From a virus (taxonomy: Duplodnaviria > Heunggongvirae > Uroviricota > Caudoviricetes), in IMG/VR virus record IMGVR_UViG_2548876940_000003, positions 1 through 11,633 of that record: a DNA stretch of 11,633 bases. The stretch is one strand, 5' to 3'. Below the pieces are notes generated by a model. That model was not told the DNA's origin. It ran no database searches and saw only the letters and a program-made list of their open reading frames with translations. The first letter of the stretch is position 1, and each line of letters begins with the position of its first letter. This document shows positions 7,694 to 11,633 of this stretch, piece by piece. The position numbers were made by a program, and so were the translations under genes.

Positions 7694-8262
7694 AAACGGG
7701 GGCTGAAGCCATCCGGGCACTGGCCACACAGCTCCCGGCGTTTCGTCAGAAACTGAGCGACGGCTGGTATCAGGTACGGATTGCCGGGCGGGACGTCAGC
7801 ACGTCCGGGTTAACGGCTCAGTTACATGAGACTCTGCCTGATGGCGCTGTGATTCATATTGTTCCCAGAGTCGCCGGGGCCAAGTCAGGTGGCGTATTCC
7901 AGATTGTCCTGGGGGCTGCCGCCATTGCCGGATCATTCTTTACCGCCGGAGCCACCCTTGCAGCATGGGGGGCAGCCATTGGGGCCGGTGGTATGACCGG
8001 CATCCTGTTTTCTCTCGGTGCCAGTATGGTGCTCGGTGGTGTGGCGCAGATGCTGGCACCGAAAGCCAGAACTCCCCGTACACAGACAACGGATAACGGT
8101 AAGCAGAACACCTATTTCTCCTCACTGGATAACATGGTTGCCCAGGGCAATGTTCTGCCCGTTCTGTACGGTGAAATGCGCGTGGGGTCTCGCGTGGTTT
8201 CTCAGGAGATCAGCACGGCAGACGAAGGGGACGGTGGTCAGGTTGTGGTGATTGGTCGCTGA
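7591..8262 (+). CDS. I: Tail tip assembly protein gpI
   Basis: 223-aa ORF (MAATHTLPLASPGMARICLYGDLQRFGRRIDLRVKTGAEAIRALATQLPAFRQKLSDGWYQVRIAGRDVS...GEMRVGSRVVSQEISTADEGDGGQVVVIGR), colinear with lambda gpI. It starts inside the 3' end of K in another frame, as in lambda. Confidence 0.93.
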   Translation: MAATHTLPLASPGMARICLYGDLQRFGRRIDLRVKTGAEAIRALATQLPAFRQKLSDGWYQVRIAGRDVSTSGLTAQLHETLPDGAVIHIVPRVAGAKSGGVFQIVLGAAAIAGSFFTAGATLAAWGAAIGAGGMTGILFSLGASMVLGGVAQMLAPKARTPRTQTTDNGKQNTYFSSLDNMVAQGNVLPVLYGEMRVGSRVVSQEISTADEGDGGQVVVIGR

Positions 8263-8280
8263 TGCAAAATGTTTTATGTG

Positions 8281-8301
8281 AAACCGCCTGCGGGCGGTTT
8301 T
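8281..8301 (+). terminator. Intergenic I-J stem-loop with trailing T-run (putative attenuator or RNA-stability hairpin)
   Basis: AAACCGCC-tgcg-GGCGGTTT is a perfect 8-bp inverted repeat with a 4-nt loop, followed by TTTTgtcgTTTaT, in the 60-nt gap between the I stop (8262) and the J RBS/ATG (8323). Confidence 0.4.
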
Positions 8302-8322
8302 GTCGTTTATGGAGCGTGAGGA

Positions 8323-10263
8323 ATGGGTAAAGGCAGCAGTAAGGGGCATACCCCGCGCGAAGCGAAAGATAACCTGAAATCCACGCAGCTGCTGAGTGTG
8401 ATTGATGCCATCAGCGAAGGGCCGATTGAAGGTCCGGTGGATGGATTAAAAAGCGTGCTGCTGAACAGTACGCCGGTGCTGGACAGTGAGGGGAATACCA
8501 ACATCTCCGGCGTCACGGTGGTGTTCCGGGCAGGTGAGCAGGAGCAGACACCGCCGGAAGGTTTTGAATCCTCCGGCTCCGAGACGGTGCTGGGTACGGA
8601 AGTGAAATATGACACGCCGATCACCCGCACCATCACGTCGGCAAACATCGACCGCCTGCGCTTTACCTTCGGTGTGCAGGCACTGGTGGAAACCACCTCA
8701 AAGGGGGACCGGAATCCGTCGGAAGTCCGCCTGCTGGTTCAGATACAGCGTAACGGTGGCTGGGTGACGGAAAAAGACATCACCATTAAGGGCAAAACCA
8801 CCTCGCAGTATCTGGCCTCGGTGGTGGTGGATAACCTGCCGCCGCGCCCGTTTAATATCCGGATGCGCAGGATGATGCCGGACAGCACCACAGACCAGCT
8901 GCAGAACAAAACGCTCTGGTCGTCATACACCGAAATCATCGATGTGAAACAGTGCTACCCGAACACGGCACTGGTCGGCGTACAGGTGGACTCGGAGCAG
9001 TTCGGCAGCCAGCAGGTGAGTCGTAATTATCATCTTCGCGGGCGCATTCTGCAGGTGCCGTCGAACTATAACCCGCAGACGCGACAATACAGCGGTATCT
9101 GGGACGGAACGTTAAAACCAGCATACAGCAACAACATGGCCTGGTGTCTGTGGGATATGCTGACCCACCCGCGCTACGGCATGGGGAAACGTCTTGGTGC
9201 GGCGGATGTGGACAAATGGGCGCTGTATGTCATCGGCCAGTACTGCGACCAGTCAGTGCCGGACGGCTTTGGCGGCACGGAGCTGCGCATCACCTGTAAT
9301 GCGTACCTGACCACACAGCGCAAGGCGTGGGATGTGCTCAGTGATTTCTGCTCGGCGATGCGCTGTATGCCGGTATGGAACGGGCAGACGCTGACGTTCG
9401 TGCAGGACCGACCGTCGGATAAGGTGTGGACCTATAACCGCAGTAATGTGGTGATGCCGGATGATGGCGCGCCGTTCCGCTACAGCTTCAGCGCCCTGAA
9501 GGACCGCCATAATGCCGTTGAGGTGAACTGGATTGACCCGAACAACGGCTGGGAGACGGCGACAGAGCTTGTGGAGGATACGCAGGCCATTGCCCGTTAC
9601 GGTCGTAACGTCACGAAGATGGATGCTTTTGGCTGTACCAGCCGGGGGCAGGCACACCGCGCCGGGCTGTGGCTGATTAAAACAGAACTGCTGGAAACGC
9701 AGACCGTGGACTTCAGCGTGGGCGCAGAAGGGCTTCGCCATGTGCCGGGCGATGTCATTGAAATCTGCGATGATGACTATGCCGGTATCAGCACCGGCGG
9801 GCGCGTGCTGGCGGTGAACAGCCAGACCCGGACGCTGACGCTCGACCGTGAAATCACGCTGCCATCCTCCGGTACCACGCTGATAAGCCTGGTTGACGGA
9901 AGTGGCAATCCGGTCAGCGTGGAGGTTCAGTCCGTCACCGACGGCGTGAAGGTGAAAGTGAGCCGTGTTCCTGACGGCGTTGCTGAATACAGCGTATGGG
10001 GGCTGAAGCTGCCGACGCTGCGCCAGCGCCTGTTCCGCTGCGTGAGTATCCGTGAGAACGATGACGGCACGTATGCCATCACTGCCGTGCAGCATGTACC
10101 GGAAAAAGAAGCCATCGTGGATAACGGGGCGCACTTTGACGGCGACCAGAGCGGCACGGTGAATGGTGTCACGCCGCCAGCGGTACAGCACCTGACTGCC
10201 GAAGTCACCGCAGACAGCGGGGAATATCAGGTGCTGGCGCGCTGGGACACCCGAAGGTGGTGA
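8323..10263 (+). CDS. J: Tail tip / central fibre host-specificity protein gpJ, N-terminal ~640 codons (frame broken at ~10250)
   Basis: RBS tgagga and ATG at 8323. [54 protein letters not shown]... is colinear with lambda gpJ. The ORF ends prematurely with ...ARWDTRRW* where lambda reads ...[14 protein letters not shown].... Confidence 0.9.
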   Translation: MGKGSSKGHTPREAKDNLKSTQLLSVIDAISEGPIEGPVDGLKSVLLNSTPVLDSEGNTNISGVTVVFRAGEQEQTPPEGFESSGSETVLGTEVKYDTPITRTITSANIDRLRFTFGVQALVETTSKGDRNPSEVRLLVQIQRNGGWVTEKDITIKGKTTSQYLASVVVDNLPPRPFNIRMRRMMPDSTTDQLQNKTLWSSYTEIIDVKQCYPNTALVGVQVDSEQFGSQQVSRNYHLRGRILQVPSNYNPQTRQYSGIWDGTLKPAYSNNMAWCLWDMLTHPRYGMGKRLGAADVDKWALYVIGQYCDQSVPDGFGGTELRITCNAYLTTQRKAWDVLSDFCSAMRCMPVWNGQTLTFVQDRPSDKVWTYNRSNVVMPDDGAPFRYSFSALKDRHNAVEVNWIDPNNGWETATELVEDTQAIARYGRNVTKMDAFGCTSRGQAHRAGLWLIKTELLETQTVDFSVGAEGLRHVPGDVIEICDDDYAGISTGGRVLAVNSQTRTLTLDREITLPSSGTTLISLVDGSGNPVSVEVQSVTDGVKVKVSRVPDGVAEYSVWGLKLPTLRQRLFRCVSIRENDDGTYAITAVQHVPEKEAIVDNGAHFDGDQSGTVNGVTPPAVQHLTAEVTADSGEYQVLARWDTRRW

Positions 10264-11633
10264 AGGGCGTTAGCTTCCTTCTTCGCCTGACCGTGGCAGC
10301 GGATGACGGCAGTGAGCGGCTGGTCAGCACGGCCCGGACGACGGAAACCACATACCGCTTCAGGCAACTGGCGCTGGGGCGTTACACGCTGACAGTCCGG
10401 GCGGTAAATGCGTGGGGACAGCAGGGCGATCCGGCGTCGGTATCGTTCCGGATTGCCGCACCGGCAGCGCCGTCGCGGATTGAGCTGACGCCGGGCTATT
10501 TTCAGATAACCGCCACGCCGCATCTTGCGGTTTATGATCCGACGGTACAGTTTGAATTCTGGTTCTCGGAAAAGCGGATTGCGGATATCAGGCAGGTTGA
10601 AACCACAGCCCGCTATCTTGGCACGGCGCTGTACTGGATAGCTGCCAGTATCAATATTAAGCCGGGCCATGATTATTATTTTTACATCTGCAGTGTGAAC
10701 ACCGTTGGCAAATCGGCATTTGTGGAGGCCGTCGGCCAGCCGAGTGATGATGCATCCGGCTATCTGGATTTTTTCAAAGGCGAGATAGGGAAAACCCATC
10801 TGGCTCAGGAGTTGTGGACGCAGATTGATAACGGTCAGCTTGCGCCTGACCTGGCTGAAATCAGGACGTCCATTACGGATGTCAGCAATGAAATCACGCA
10901 GACCGTCAATAAGAAACTGGAAGACCAGAGTGCGGCAATTCAGCAGATACAGAAGGTTCAGGTTGATACAAATAATAACCTGAACAGCATGTGGGCTGTG
11001 AAGCTGCAGCAGATGCAGGACGGACGCCTTTATATCGCGGGTATTGGTGCCGGTATTGAGAACACCTCTGACGGCATGCAGAGTCAGGTGCTGCTGGCGG
11101 CGGACAGGATTGCGATGGTTAATCCTGCGAATGGCAACACAAAACCGATGTTTGTTGGTCAGGGCGATCAGATATTCATGAACGACGTGTTCCTGAAACG
11201 CCTGACGGCCCCCACCATTACCAGCGGTGGAAATCCACCGGCATTTTCCCTGACACCGGACGGAAAGCTGACCGCTAAAAATGCGGATATCAGTGGCAGT
11301 GTGAATGCGAACGCCGGGACGCTCAACAATGTCACGATTAACGAGAACTGTCGGGTTCTGGGAAAACTGTCCGCGAACCAGATTGAAGGCGATCTCGTTA
11401 AAACAGTGGGCAAAGCTTTCCCCCGGGACTCCCGTGCACCGGAACGGTGGCCATCAGGGACCATTACCGTCAGGGTTTATGACGATCAGCCGTTTGACCG
11501 GCAGATTGTTATTCCGGCGGTGGCATTCAGCGGCGCTAAACATGAGAGAGAGCATACTGATATTTACTCCTCATGCCGTCTGATAGTGCGGAAAAACGGT
11601 GCTGAAATTTATAACCGTACCGCGCTGGATAAT
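10254..11633 (+). CDS. J: gpJ C-terminal continuation in the shifted frame (partial; open to the end of the window)
   Basis: By my manual translation, the frame starting at 10254 has no stop through 11633 and reads [104 protein letters not shown]...[47 protein letters not shown]..., matching the distal half of lambda gpJ. It is not in the ORF track, presumably because it lacks a start codon and a stop within the window. Confidence 0.85.

Noticed and set aside
9253-10191. 312-aa minus-strand ORF
   Set aside because: It lies entirely antisense to the well-supported J coding sequence. It has no recognisable motifs or RBS context, and long antisense ORFs are expected by chance in GC-rich coding DNA.
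11305-11583. 92-aa + strand ORF
   Set aside because: Out of frame with, and fully contained in, the conserved J C-terminal coding frame.
1-11633. Searched for CRISPR arrays, tRNA/ncRNA genes, IS elements, att sites or an inserted defence/moron cassette
   Set aside because: No spaced direct repeats, no cloverleaf-like segments and no non-lambda ORFs were seen. Gene order and spacing are contiguous with lambda FI-J, leaving no room for cargo. I could not exhaustively scan short repeats by eye, so absence is not proven.

Overview
This window is a contiguous lambda-like (lambdoid siphovirus) late-operon head-completion and tail-morphogenesis module, all on the + strand, in the canonical lambda order FI-FII-Z-U-V-G/T-H-M-L-K-I-J. 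J runs off the 3' end of the window. Genes are tightly packed, with overlapping stop/start codons and no gap longer than about 60 nt, and I see no inserted cargo (moron), defence system, RNA gene, CRISPR array or mobile element. The points worth a second look are two apparent frameshift lesions: a 5-bp tandem duplication that splits the tape-measure gene H, and a 1-bp loss in a C-run that splits the tail-tip/host-specificity gene J. These mean either a decaying, defective prophage tail module or assembly errors. Secondary observations are the conserved G-T programmed -1 slippery site, a J C-terminal region that looks mosaic relative to lambda, and two intergenic hairpins. All long minus-strand ORFs in the track lie antisense to well-supported + strand genes and are treated as spurious. 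Protein identities rest on my recollection of phage lambda proteins and on motifs read from the translations; no database search was run.
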